Below, piece after piece: positions 39,137-51,099 of a DNA stretch of 64,000 nt; within the stretch, counting starts at the first letter, position 1; each line of letters begins with the position of its first letter. Origin of the DNA: Octopus sinensis. Lineage: Eukaryota. The translations under genes and the position numbers were made by a program. Under the pieces are notes generated by a model. That model did not search any database. It was not told where the DNA came from and saw only the letters and a list, made by a program, of their open reading frames with translations. Where the stretch lies: positions 31,000,001 through 31,064,000 of the forward strand of contig NC_043016.1 of NCBI RefSeq assembly GCF_006345805.1, given 5' to 3'.

Positions 39137-39173
39137 TTCACACAGTTCTGCCAGCAATTGGGTTCAGTTTTGA
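39137..39173 (+). CDS. NECAP: NECAP last coding exon ((S)SHSSASNWVQF*)
   Basis: ttttccag| acceptor; ends in NWVQF-TGA, the NECAP C-terminal AP-2-binding motif. Confidence 0.95.
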
Positions 39174-41800
39174 ACAAGACCTCCTCTTAATTGATATAAC
39201 GATTGGAGCTGTTCACCGACCTTATGTTTTTATATAAAAACAACAAATATTAATTGGAAATTATTGTGTTTCAATTAATTATTTGTTAATATTTTTAAAA
39301 TCTTGTTAAAGTTCTTTATTTATCTCTTCACAATCATCTTCTCTCCCTACCCTTTGTTTTACCTTTCCCTCCCGCTCTAAATACTATCCATTTTATTTCA
39401 AACGTAATTTTCATTTTTAATGTTTTAAATTTTGATTCATTATGAAACATTACAATTAAATTTATCTACAGTATTAAGCCATTGAACCATTAGATCCATA
39501 TAGCTATATTTGCTAGTAAAAATCTAAAATAGCTGTCTAATTCTATACTATTGCAAATTGGTTAATTGCTTCAATTCAGAACTAAATTGGCTCTAAATAT
39601 TTATGCAGAACATTTCCTCAAAGAGCAAGCCTTTCCTTCTTTCATTGAGCACATGTTCTCTGACTACAGTTAAATTTTCAATTAATCAGTTGATTTTTAA
39701 ATAAATATTTCATGAAAGGATATTATTGAAGTTGCTGATTGATAATTTGTTGAGAATGGTTATATTCATAGTTTACATACATACACACACATGCACACAC
39801 ACATCTGTTCATACATAAACAAAACAAATATATACATATATGTACAAATGAACTCAAACTTTATGAAGCTTGATACTTTTATAATATTTTGCTTTAGTTA
39901 TGTATTTATGTAAAGAATTTATTAATGAAATATAATACATATCTAAACCACACAAGCTCTTTAAATGGATTTTAAAAATGTTTGCCAAAATTTAACAGAA
40001 AGTACCTATAAAACTTTTATTATTTTTCTTGAATACTTAATAAAAAAAGAAAGAGTCCTATGTATGCAAACTCTTTTTATTCTTTGAAAATGAGTATTTT
40101 TTTTTATAATTAATAAAATGTCCAGCAATAAATAAGGCTTGTATTATTATATATTGTTTAATTATTGAAAATTTGTGTATTCTTTTCTCAAAGTAATTGA
40201 ATCATAACTAAATTTTCTTTTCGTTTATCTTTCTTGGTTTCCTAACTTTATATACAAGCCTTTAGAAATATAGCAAATTTTTTTATGTTGGAGCCAAAAT
40301 TTGTAAGATGTTTTCAAAACATTATTTTAAAGTAAATTTAATTCTGAAAACCACTGAAACCACCTGAGAAATAGCATTAAAACACCTCCTATAAATTAAA
40401 ATAAATCTACTTAATTTTATAGATTAATTTGTAATTGCCGAATAATGGAAAAATGTTCTTCAACTGAGATAATTAAATTGAATATCTATTAATGATTGAT
40501 ATAAATTTGTTATTCAAATGTAGTAGTCAAATTTTATTTTAAGTCCACATATTTGTAATATTGCAGTTTATTTTACCTAACTCTGAATGCTTCTAAACTA
40601 GATCTGTATGCTTGTAAATTGCCATTCAGTTATCTAAGTTTAAGCAATAATAATCCTTTTATATTTTTTTTAACCCTTAGTTACATTTGAAAATTTGACT
40701 GTTAGGCATTGTGTGGAACATTTTAAACTAAGAATTAGGATGCACAACGTTTAATTTATTTGAAAGAGCCAACAACATTAACAAGTATACAAGTCTTCAC
40801 TTGTCACAATGTAATTATCATTTCTGAGATAACAGCATATTATTCATAATTAGGATGAAATTAAAATAATATATTTTCTAGATCTGAACATATTTTTTTT
40901 AAAAATTCAATAAACATTTTTATTTTTTTATACAGTTTTATAACATAACTCATAATAGATTAGCTAAAAACGACCTAAACGAATTAGATCTTTCATCGGT
41001 CACATTGTTGTTTTAATATTTACATTTTTCTTCCTTTGTTTTATTTTCTACTTCTAATTTTATCAGTCTTAAAGTAATACTGAAATGTCCTACTGTGAAA
41101 ATAAACTCAAAATTATAAGATATCTATTATATAAAAATATGTGTGAGTATTTGTAAAAAAAAAAGATCATTGCTTGTTAATAAACAAGTGTAAATGTCAT
41201 TTCCTGCTTCATATCTGCTCAGCTGCATACTTGAATGTGAGCACATATGATTTAAGCATGCATTTTAAGTTTCAAAGCTTTTCATCACACCAGCCGTAGG
41301 TTGTGAACAATAAGTAAGAATATGCTAGTTAACTTCTTTTGTCATCCTTAATACTTTACTATAATCCACATTCTTAGATTACATTATTGTACCAAGGTGT
41401 GACAGCTGTTACTGCTACCACTTTTTTATTGCTTCATGGAAAAATTGGTGTTGAAATTACAGCAACAATATTACTATTTGTATATTTTTTGCATTAAATA
41501 TTAAGGCAGTTATTATTTAACTGCATTTTCTACTCATCTTTTTTAATAAATCCTATGACTTATAGATATATTTTTCAAAGCTATTTATTTTATATCTTTT
41601 TCATTTTTATGTTTATGTTTTGAACTTATCAGTAAAATTTATGCATTTAGAAAAGACAGATGTCATATTTTAAGGAGACAATTGTCAGAAGAACTCTTAA
41701 CTAAGAATAAGCTACTTTCTTTTGCATTTGTCTGTCTGAAGAATCTCCACATTTTATAGCCTGGTGATTACTGAAAATGCAAGATGTAAATGAATGGTTT
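39174..41800 (+). other. Probable NECAP 3' UTR / 3' flank
   Basis: Follows the stop codon; very AT-rich, no recognisable TE, several AATAAA hexamers. True end unknown. Confidence 0.5.
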
Positions 41801-41810
41801 GAAAATACTT

Positions 41811-42686
41811 TTAACCCTTTAACATTTAAAGCAACCATATCTGGCCCAAATATTCTATCTTTCTTATGTTCAAAATGGCTAAATCCACCCTTTCACATCT
41901 ACCCTACAATGTCATTCTTAAAATAAGCAATCACATCATTGAAATCTCGAAGCTATGATATAAGCCATGATTTATTCAAAACAAAGCGAATAAAATAAGC
42001 ATTACACTTGACAGAAATCTGAATGTTAAAGAGTTAAACCAACCATATCTAGCTCAAATATTTTAGCCTTTTTTTATGTTCAAACTGGCCAACTGTAGCT
42101 CCTCACACCTAGCCTGCAATGTCATTCTAAAAATAAACAATCACATCATTGAAATCTCAAAGCTTTGAGATAAGCTATGATTTATTCAAAACCATGTGAA
42201 TAAATAAGCATTACATTTAACAGAGTAAGCTAAATGCTAAAGGGTTAAACCAGCCATATCTAGCCAAAATACTCTGGCTATGTCCAGCCCAGATATTCTA
42301 CTTTTTTTTTATGTTCAAACTGGCTAGATCTGGCCTCTCACACCTACCCTACAATGTCATTCTAAAAATAAACAATCACATCATTGAAATCTCGAAGCTA
42401 TGAGATAATGTATGATTAGTTCAAAACATTGTGAATAAATAAACATTAAATTTGACAGAATAATTTGAATGCTAAAAGATTAAACCAGTCATATCCGGCT
42501 CAAATATTTTACCTTTTTTTATGTTCAAACTGACCAACTCTTGCTTCTCACTCCTACCCTACAATGTCATTCTTAAAATAGGCAATCACATCATTGAAAT
42601 CTGAAGGTTATGAGATAATACAGGTTTAATTCAAAATAGTGTGAATAAATAAGCATTACATTTGACATAATAATGTGAATGCTTAA
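41811..42686 (+). repeat. Four-unit tandem array (~205-235 bp) of a piggyBac-type MITE
   Basis: Recurring ctaccctacaatgtcattc..acatcattgaaatctc..gaataaataagcattaca; units end in (G)GGTTAA-like sequence at 42037, 42248, 42483, ~42686. Confidence 0.9.
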
Positions 42687-43193
42687 GTGAAAGAGAAATA
42701 TGGTAAGATCAGATTCGGCAGCAAATTCATTCAACTCACAATATGGGTAGGTGTCACCAGGATCTGACCTCAGCAGTATTCTATATCTCACGATAACTGA
42801 CTTAATATTGCAGGAAGTTTTGGGCAGGTCTTTACAAAAATTGATATACAGGGAGAGAGTGGGGTCGGGGTGAAACTTCATTTCTTAATCTGCCAAGTAG
42901 CTAGAGGAAATGTTTCAATTATATTGGAAGAAGAGTTACCATCCCTCTTCCCACCACCAGAAAAAAAAAAAAGCTAATGTACCAAAAAGGTCGCCTTATA
43001 TAGTATTTTGGAAGCTGCAACCAATGGGTAATGTAAAAGATGCATAAGGTTCTTGAGTGCTTTGATAAAGAGCCGAAACTTCAAATGTGCTAAATGGATG
43101 GGAATAACAATCCTCTTAGTATTCATTCCATAACTTGCTTAAATGACTCACTCAGCATGGTTGATATTTGCTGTAAATTAGTACTTAATTTAC

Positions 43194-44030
43194 AGGAGTG
43201 GCTGTGTGGTAAGTAGCTTGCTTACCAACCACATGGTTCCGGGTTCAGTCCCACTGTGTGGCATTTTGGGCAAGTGTCTTCTGCTATAGCCTCGGGCCGA
43301 CCAATGCCTTGTGGGTGGATTTGGTAGACAGAAAATGAAAGAAGCCTGTCGTATATATGTATATATATATTTATGTATGTGTATATGGTTGTGTGTCTAT
43401 GTTTGTCCCCCTAGCATTGCTTGACAACCGATGCTGGCGTGTTTACGTCCCCATCACTTAGCGGTTCGGCAAAAGAGACCGATAGAATAAGTACTGGGCT
43501 TACAAAGAATAAGTCCCAGGGTCGATTTGCTCGACTAAAGGCGGTGCTCCAGCATGGCCACAGTCAAATGACTGAAACAAGTAAAAGAGTAAAGAGAATA
43601 AGGTAATTATAATAGGGAAAAAAATGCATGGAATAAGGTAGAAGAAATTTAACTATTTAGGTGCAGTCTTTGCTGTGTAGGTAAGAAGCTTGCTTCCTAA
43701 CCATCTGATTTCAGGTTTAGTCCTGCTGCACAAAACCTATAACCCCTGGTCAATCAAAGCCTTGTGGATGGATTTAATAGAGAGAAACTGAAAGAAGTTC
43801 ATTGTGTGTGTCTTTGTATTATCTTTGTCCCCCACCATGGCTTGACAAATAATGTTGGTTTGTTTACATCCCCATAATTTAGTGGTCCAGCAAGCAAAAA
43901 GGACCAATAGGATGAGTGCTAAGTTTAGGAAAAAAAAGACTAAGTACTCGAGCCGATTCATTCTTCTAAACCCTTCATGGTGGTGCCCCCAGCATGACCA
44001 CAGTCCAATGACTGAAACTAGTAAAAGATA
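43194..44030 (+). mobile_element. Two SINE family A copies (43194-43597 young; 43661-44030 diverged)
   Basis: Family A similarity. Confidence 0.85.
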
Positions 44031-44267
44031 ACTATCGCTGATAGTAAAGTGTTCCACTTTCTATGCAAAGGCAGAACATATGGATCACGATGAAGAAAAA
44101 AAGTGTAGTGCTGTATGATAGTGAGATATAAATATTGAGGGCAGATAAATGAAAGCCAATGCTTGAAAGAAATAATGCAAGCATAATCCATTAGGTATCT
44201 AATATATACCTATAGGCAAGGCAGAACACAACTGGAAAAAGTTGGTAATTGATCATTAAGTATATTG

Positions 44268-44665
44268 TGGAGGCTTAGTGGTTAGGGTGTTGGACTCGAG
44301 ATTGTAAGATTGTGGTTTCGATTCCTGGATTGGGTGATGTGTTGTGCTCTTGAGCAAATCATTTCATTTCATGTTGCTCCAGTCCATTCATCTTGGTAAA
44401 AATGAGTAATCCTGTGACAGACTGGTGTCCTGTCCAGTGGGGAAATATATGTGCCACAGAAACCAGGAAACTGACCGAAAGTGGAGATGTGTAGCTTAAT
44501 GGTTATGTTGGACTTGTGATCATAAGATTGTGGTTTCTATTCCTAGAATGGGTGATGTGTTGTGCTCTTGAGTAAAACACTTCATTTTGTGTTGTTGCAG
44601 TGTGTTCAGTAGGTAAAAATGAGTAAACCTTGTGATGGACCGGCGCCCCATCCAGGGAGGAATAT
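44268..44665 (+). mobile_element. Two tandem decayed tRNA-derived SINEs (D-related head)
   Basis: gtggaggc..gtggttagggtgttggactc..gtggtttcgattcc head and gatggac(t/c)ggc 3' module, present twice. Confidence 0.7.
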
Positions 44666-44671
44666 ATACAA

Positions 44672-45066
44672 CTAGCAGTATCGCCCGGCGTTGCTCAGGT
44701 TTGTAAGGGAAATTATTATATAAGCATTTTTAGAGATGTAAAGTATAATAGCCATCTCAATATGGCTAACCACAAAGGGGGGGGGGTGTTACTGTAGCTT
44801 TTTACGTTCTGAGATTTAATAATAAATTTTTAGAGAGTTACTTCCCTTATATATACCAAAAATGCATTAAAAATGGAAAAAATGATGGTAAATTTTTTTT
44901 TAAATCGTTGACTCATTGTAGACGCGCGCTAATACCCAGAAGGGCTCGATATGAATCACGACTATAAGATACCCGGTTTTGGTTAAACTGCACCGCAAAA
45001 TGTGGGAGTAGTTAGGAATCTAAATCGTAGGAGACAGACACACAACCTCTCTTTTATACATAAAGA
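44672..45066 (-). mobile_element. Non-autonomous Helitron family E
   Basis: actagcagtatcgcccggcgttgctc (minus-strand hairpin + CTAG) to cttttatacataaaga|t. Confidence 0.85.
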
Positions 45067-45247
45067 TGTGGACTAGCTGTAACTAACAGTTTTTATCAGT
45101 CAAAGTGTGTGGCAGAAATAACTGTACCGGTATAGATAATGGGTAATGAGAAGACGAAAGTTGTTTTGTGCTCTTACTAGAATCAATGATGGTAGAGGAA
45201 GAAATGATGAGTAAAAATTATGGGATGGTGGGCTTCAAAGCTGTAGT

Positions 45248-45476
45248 TCAACCCTTTAGCATTCAGATTACTCTGTCAAGTGTAATATTTATTTACTCAC
45301 ATTGTTGTGAATCAATCATGTATTATCTCATAGCTCTAAGGTTTCAGTGAAGTGATTGTTTAGTTTTTAGAATGACATTGTAGGGTATGTGTGAGTGGCT
45401 GGATCTGGCCAGCTTGAACATAAAACAGGGAGAATATTGCGGCTGGATTTGGCCAGTTTGAATGCTAGAAGCTTAA
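45248..45476 (-). mobile_element. piggyBac-type MITE monomer
   Basis: Reverse complement of the unit in the 41811 array. Confidence 0.75.
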
Positions 45477-45922
45477 AAAAGAAGCTTGATATGCTGCATG
45501 TCAAAAAAGAGAAAACTGATGTTTAAACACTGAAAATTCTACAAGTATCAACATCTTCAATAAAGGGATTCGGTGCTAGATGGTCATTCATTTGAAGTAC
45601 CATGCTCATTTTTTTTTCACTTCTTGAGCTTGAAAGAAGAGGCAGTGCCCAAGGCCATTTTTAAACTCTCCAATACTAGTGAGTTTGATGCTATTAATGT
45701 TCTATTTAATCTGTGAGAAAGCTGAAATGGAACATGCAGGGCAGACTTAGGGAGGGAGAAGATTCCAAAGTGATGATGTTCTGGAGGGTAAGGAACTGGG
45801 TACAGTGGCTGTGTGGTGCTATTATGGAATGACAGCTGGGGAGACAACTGGGTTAGAAGTGTCTGAGTGGAGGGTTTATGAGACCAGCCAGCTTCAGATA
45901 ACAGTCCATTATAATAGTGATA

Positions 45923-46364
45923 AGTTTCTTTATTGGCCACACAGGGCTGCACACAGATGAGACAAATTACAAGGTAGAGCTTTTCTTTTTGGGGATGAAA
46001 AAAAAAAAGTGGCGTAGGTTTTCGATCAAAAGGGATCATAAAAGGAAATAAAGAAAAAAAGAGGGAAAAAAACGATCAATAGGGATCGTGTATCACAGTG
46101 TCATGATGTACGGTGTAAAGGGGGAAGCAGATAAGGTTTATCCGTGGGAAGAAAAGCCTACGAAAAAGACCACGGTAACCTGGGTAACCCTCTGTTTTCA
46201 ATTTCTGGGTTCATAGGATTATGCTCAAGGTGGCTTCATCATTCATACGTGCCATCCTTGCTACATTCACCCATCTTTTTTTAAAACATTCGCTAGACAA
46301 AACTTGCCTCTCTACTCTCACTTTCCTTTTCAAGTGGTACTTGAAGAAGTTGATGAGAGATTGA
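45923..46364 (-). mobile_element. L1/Tx1-like LINE 3' end with a 17-bp target-site duplication
   Basis: TSD ccattataatagtgata at 45906-45922 and 46365-46381; minus-strand LINFFKYHLKRKVRVERQVL..FKKRW; aataaa near the 3' end. Confidence 0.75.
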
Positions 46365-46439
46365 CCATTATAATAGTGATAGAAAAGACTGAGGGGAGGG
46401 GAAGAGAACATGCTTGTTAGCTTGAGTGTGTGCATTTGT

Positions 46440-47200
46440 AACTAAATACTAATCAGTCAAGTTGCCCTCTTTCTCTGAATGCAGTCCAGCATGTCTGTAG
46501 CAGCAACACCATTCCAGAAGTTGGATCTGTACTTCTTTGTGGATGTCACTTGAGCCTTGTAACATGTTGAAAACTGTTGTGAGAACTGAAATATTTTCTG
46601 ACTCTAAAGAGAAGAACCAGTTTAAGGGATGTATTCCTAGCTATGTTAAGGATGTGCTTTCACCAAAAGTCCTTAGTGATAGTAAGGCCTAGCATTTGGA
46701 ACAACAATGTGGAATCTAGATAGGAGCCACTTTTGTGTTAAGGGTAATATGTAGTGCAGTTGTTTTGGGGTTTTTTTCTCTCTTAAGAGACACCTCAACA
46801 AAGCCCTACAGGAGAATGTGCTCAATATCTTTGTTCATGGAGCCAGTGCAGGTTTGGTGTATGGCTGGAAATAGGAATGAAGGATATTTGCATAAGAATG
46901 TATATTGTTGAACATGGTGGCAAGCAGGTCATTGAAGTAAAGAACAAAGAGAACAAGGAAAAAAGCCAAACCTTGGGAAACACCAAACATTGAAATTTAG
47001 GTAGAAAGTGCTTCATAAATACATCACATGCTGTGATGGTGCAATCTGACTATAAGCTATTGGTCCAAGAGATGAAAGATGGGTGGAGCCATTAGACAGG
47101 AAGTTTTGATAAAAACCTGTTGGTCAAGACCTCTTTAAAATATGGAGGTTTTTAAAAGGTCCTGGGTCAACAAGTCTTTGGGATCTGACGGTATGCCATA
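46440..47200 (-). mobile_element. Highly decayed CR1/L2-like RT fragment
   Basis: Minus-strand remnants of GV.QG..L.LLF...NDL and MLGLT motifs. Confidence 0.5.
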
Positions 47201-47536
47201 AAGTTAAACCCCTTCAGGAGCAGGAAACCTAAGATAATCCCATAAACTGGCTTTCTCCATTTTTAATATATACTGCTCTACATCTTAGAGTGTGCTTCTT
47301 TCGAATTTATGTTTTTTACAAACGATATATGTATGTGTAAATATATATATATATATACTACAAAATTAGAAAATGGAGAAACATACTTAAATCAATCAAA
47401 TATCAACCATCAGATGATACCCAATCAATACTTTATTACACCATTACATAACAGTAAAGGCATTATACAAAAAATATATAGTAAATATAATTAGACAATG
47501 AAATAGACATATAAAATATAATATATAATTATAACA

Positions 47537-47652
47537 TATCTGACAGCTGTTTCGGCCGTAAGGGCAAGCATGCCTCATTTAACCTATAAGCCATATAAGG
47601 CAGGTATAAATGAGACATTAACAAGGATGCCCCACGGCCTCTTCAGAGAATT
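47537..47652 (-). ncRNA. Type I hammerhead ribozyme motif (minus strand)
   Basis: Minus strand reads uuCU-CUGAAGA-GGCCGU[...]ACGGCC-GAAAC-AGCU-GUC-AGA: complete core, helix II, palindromic helix III, GUC site. Confidence 0.75.
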
Positions 47653-47889
47653 TAATTTATTATAAGTGTGAAAAAAATATATATATATACTCATTAATAC
47701 AATAATACAAAATAAACAAAACAAAATATATCAATATTGATATATTTTGTTTTGTTTATTTTGTATTATTGTATTAATGAGTATATATATATATGTGTAG
47801 TATTATGAGTGTCTATGCACACGTTTTTATATTTTATATTTTTATATTTATATGTATAAAAAATTTTTTTCACACTTATAATAAATTAA

Positions 47890-48004
47890 ATTCTCTGAAG
47901 AGGCCGTGGGGCATCCTTGTTAATGTCTCATTTATACCTGCCTTATATGGCTTATAGGTTAAATGAGGCATGCTTGCCCTTACGGCTGAAACAGCTGTCA
48001 GATA
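47890..48004 (+). ncRNA. Type I hammerhead ribozyme motif (plus strand)
   Basis: CTGAAGA 47895-47901, GGCCGT..ACGGCT helix II, GAAA 47988-47991, CAGCTG, cleavage triplet GTC 47997-47999. Confidence 0.7.
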
Positions 48005-48356
48005 TGTTATAATTATATATTATATTTTATATTTTATATGTCTATTTCATTGTCTAATTATATTTACTATATATTTTGTATAATGCCTTTACTGTTATGT
48101 AATGGTGTAATAAAGTATTGATTGGGTATCATCTGATGGTTGATATTTGATTGATTTACGTATGTTTCTCCATTTTCTAATTTTGTAGTATTAATTCACG
48201 GTAATATTTTTACCTTTGCCCACATAATACAGTAGATGAATTAATTGCATGGCAATTTTTAACATTTATGTATTAGTATTGTTGGGTACCTCTCTAGCAG
48301 TATATTGGATATATGTTATCCCATGGTGGGTTGAATTTTCAACCCCTATCTCATTT

Positions 48357-48388
<32 letters not shown>

Positions 48389-49546
48389 TACATATATTAT
48401 CTGTGTGTATGTGTGTGTGTATCTTAGTATCTGTTTTTGTCCACCACCACCACTTGACAACCAGTGTTGGCGTGTGTATGTCCTCATAACTTAGCAGTTT
48501 GGCAAAAGAGATTAAAAGAATAAGTAGCAGGGTTAAAAAGTAAGTACCAGTGTCAATTCATTCAGCTAAAATTCTTCAATGCATGGATGTGTGGTAAGAA
48601 GTTTGCTTCCCAACCTCATGGTTTCAGGTTCAGTTCCATTGCGTGGCATTTTGTGCAAGTGTCTTCTACTATGATCTCTGGCTGACCAAAAAAGCCTTGT
48701 GAGTAGATGTGGTAGACAGAAACTGAAATTAGTGATGTGTGGTTGAACACAGCCATGTTGAAGATGCTCACCCGATTGACACTTGTGTCGTTTCAGCTGA
48801 ATTGCTTCATTGCATCAGTGCATTTACTGAACATAAAGATTTGCATTAGTCATATGGTTGTTTCCAAGCATTTCATAGTGAATTAGCCCTTCCCAATCCC
48901 ACCATACACTAATCATTGTCTTGCATGTATGCACCTCTGGTTTGGCTGGAGGTATTATTTGCTTGTTTAGATTTATCCATTCTTTTTTTCCGTTTCATAC
49001 TGATGCAAAGACACCATCTTTCATCACCTGTAATGATACAGTAAAGAAATCTCCATTTGTGTCCAAGTAGACTGGTGTCGAGAGAGCAAACTGGTGGCCA
49101 TGGAGGAGTGCCAGAGTTCATCTCTTTCATTCAGAATGTATGGAATCAATGAACTGAGTTTTTTGGACCTGACCCATAGAGTGATGGTGTCAGATTGATG
49201 GTATCGTGAGAGCACTTCATCTGTTGTGTCAGTTCCCTATGGATTACGAATAAGCTGGTTCAATCTATCCTCACTTAACTGAACTGGTTGACCAAAAAAT
49301 GTTGAGTCTGTGAGGTTGAATTCCCCTGCTTGAAGTCTGAAAACTATTTCTGTGCAGTTCTTTCAGTAATGGCACTTTCTCTACACACAGCACAAATGTC
49401 TTTTGGCTGCTTTGGCAGATTTAGGATCTTGGTTGAACATGAAGGGAAGCAGATGTCAAAAATGTTCAATTCTTTTTTACTTGGCAGTTTATCATCATAT
49501 GTCTGGAAAAAAGATAAAGTTTATTCAGATTTCAAAAATGATAAAC

Positions 49547-49925
49547 AGAGTGGCTGTGTGGTAAGTAGCTTGCTTACCAACCACATGGTTCCAGGTTCAG
49601 TCCTGTTGCGTGGCACCTTGGGCAAGTGTCTTCTACTATAGCCTCGGGCCTTGTGAGTAGATTTGGTAGATGGAAACTGAAAGAAGCCCATTGTATATAT
49701 GTATATATATGTGTGTCTGTGTTTGTCCCCACCACCATCGCTTGACAACTGATGCTAGTGTGTTTATGTCCCTGTAACTTAGCGGTTCGGCAAAAGAGAC
49801 TGATAGAATAAGTACTAGGCTTACAAAGAATAAGTCCTGGGGTCGATTTGCTTGACTAAAGGCGGTGCTCCAGCATGGCCACAGTCAAATGACTGAAACA
49901 AGTAAAAGAGTAGAGTAAAAAGAGA
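49547..49925 (+). mobile_element. SINE family A copy
   Basis: Family A similarity. Confidence 0.9.
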
Positions 49926-50029
49926 GTAGGATCTGTACAAGAAGAATAAAGCTACAATAAATAGCCCATTAAGAGAAAATGTTGCTGGAAAGTCTTGTAT
50001 TCCATACACCCTTCTCCCTAAATGTAAAA

Positions 50030-50610
50030 TCATGTAGATAAGATCTGTCTTAAATTAGTAGATAAACACTTTCCCCTTCACAAATAGGTTCCATAAAATA
50101 TTTAATAGACATACTTTAAGAATTTCTTTTAGTTGTGCATTAAGTATAAAGAAATAGTAGCAGGCCTAAAATGTTCATACTGAGGCAAGACCATATGTTC
50201 CCTTAACAACCAATGAAACATAGAGACCATCATATATGAGATAGGAGTGATGTCAAAAGACACCAGTGGACAGAGAAACGTAGAAGTACATGAGCATGAC
50301 AGAAGTCTCTTTCAGAGCCAGATCTAACAAGCATAAATCCTCCTTTAATATCCAGGAAAGGCACGATATTGCAGCCTTGGCTAGGTATGTATGGTTATTG
50401 AAAGAAAGCACCATAGATTACATCAAATAGAAAGTGCTTGAGAAGTGCAAACTCTGCTTAAATAGTAATAGGAGGTACAGGCTATGCCTGACTGAGAAAA
50501 GAACTATATTGAAGAACTCTCTTCACTCAGATACTTGCCTAAACTGCAAGAGCAAGGTTTTAGACTCAAGCCTACATGAAAGGAAATATCTTATTAGTTA
50601 CTTGCAAACT
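50030..50610 (+). mobile_element. Decayed Penelope-like element (linker + GIY-YIG C-terminus)
   Basis: DKHFP..HKIFNRHTLRISFSC, HKSSFN, ALARYVWLLK, RLCLTEK, LNCKS motifs. Confidence 0.8.
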
Positions 50611-51099
50611 CCATCATGGTTATATTCTTTAGGATTTCCACTATCAGTCTTCTCACCACCACAAATGAACAAGCTGAACTTTTTCAATACCATCTGCAGT
50701 TTTGATGCTAAACTCTGCTTCATAAAGGTAACATGTAGCTAATCATGATTTCACATGCTATAATAAAGATTTAACAGAATTTTAAAATTGAGTCCAACCT
50801 CGGATTTTGCAGTTCTTGCTTATGTATCAATTGCTGAACAATGATACCTAAGCCATCTGAGTGCACAGTCATCTGTTTTCCAGATTGGAATTGACGGACC
50901 ATGAAGTTTAATAAACTTGAAATTGCTGACATAGTTTATTAACATACTAGACCTTATTTCTGTCAAAATAAAGTCCATGTTACTAAAGCCTTATTCATGC
51001 TCAGAGAAGCTGTATGAGATTACTTTTGAACGTCTGATTAAGGGTTTCCAATCTGGTGGAATATGTCACCCACTATTGTCAAGAAATACTGATGACTTA

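Larger units (their letters stand above)
47356..48190. repeat. ~835-bp inverted repeat with a spacer-less centre (Penelope-like pLTR-type foldback)
   Basis: 47356-~47678 is the reverse complement of ~47862-48190; a perfect inner palindrome is centred at 47735/47736. Confidence 0.95.

Noticed and set aside
41811-42686. CRISPR-like regular repeats
   Set aside because: Whole units repeat with no unique spacers; eukaryotic MITE-derived array with no cas genes.
48730-49500. Possible LINE endonuclease/linker remnant on the minus strand
   Set aside because: Too degraded to assign confidently.
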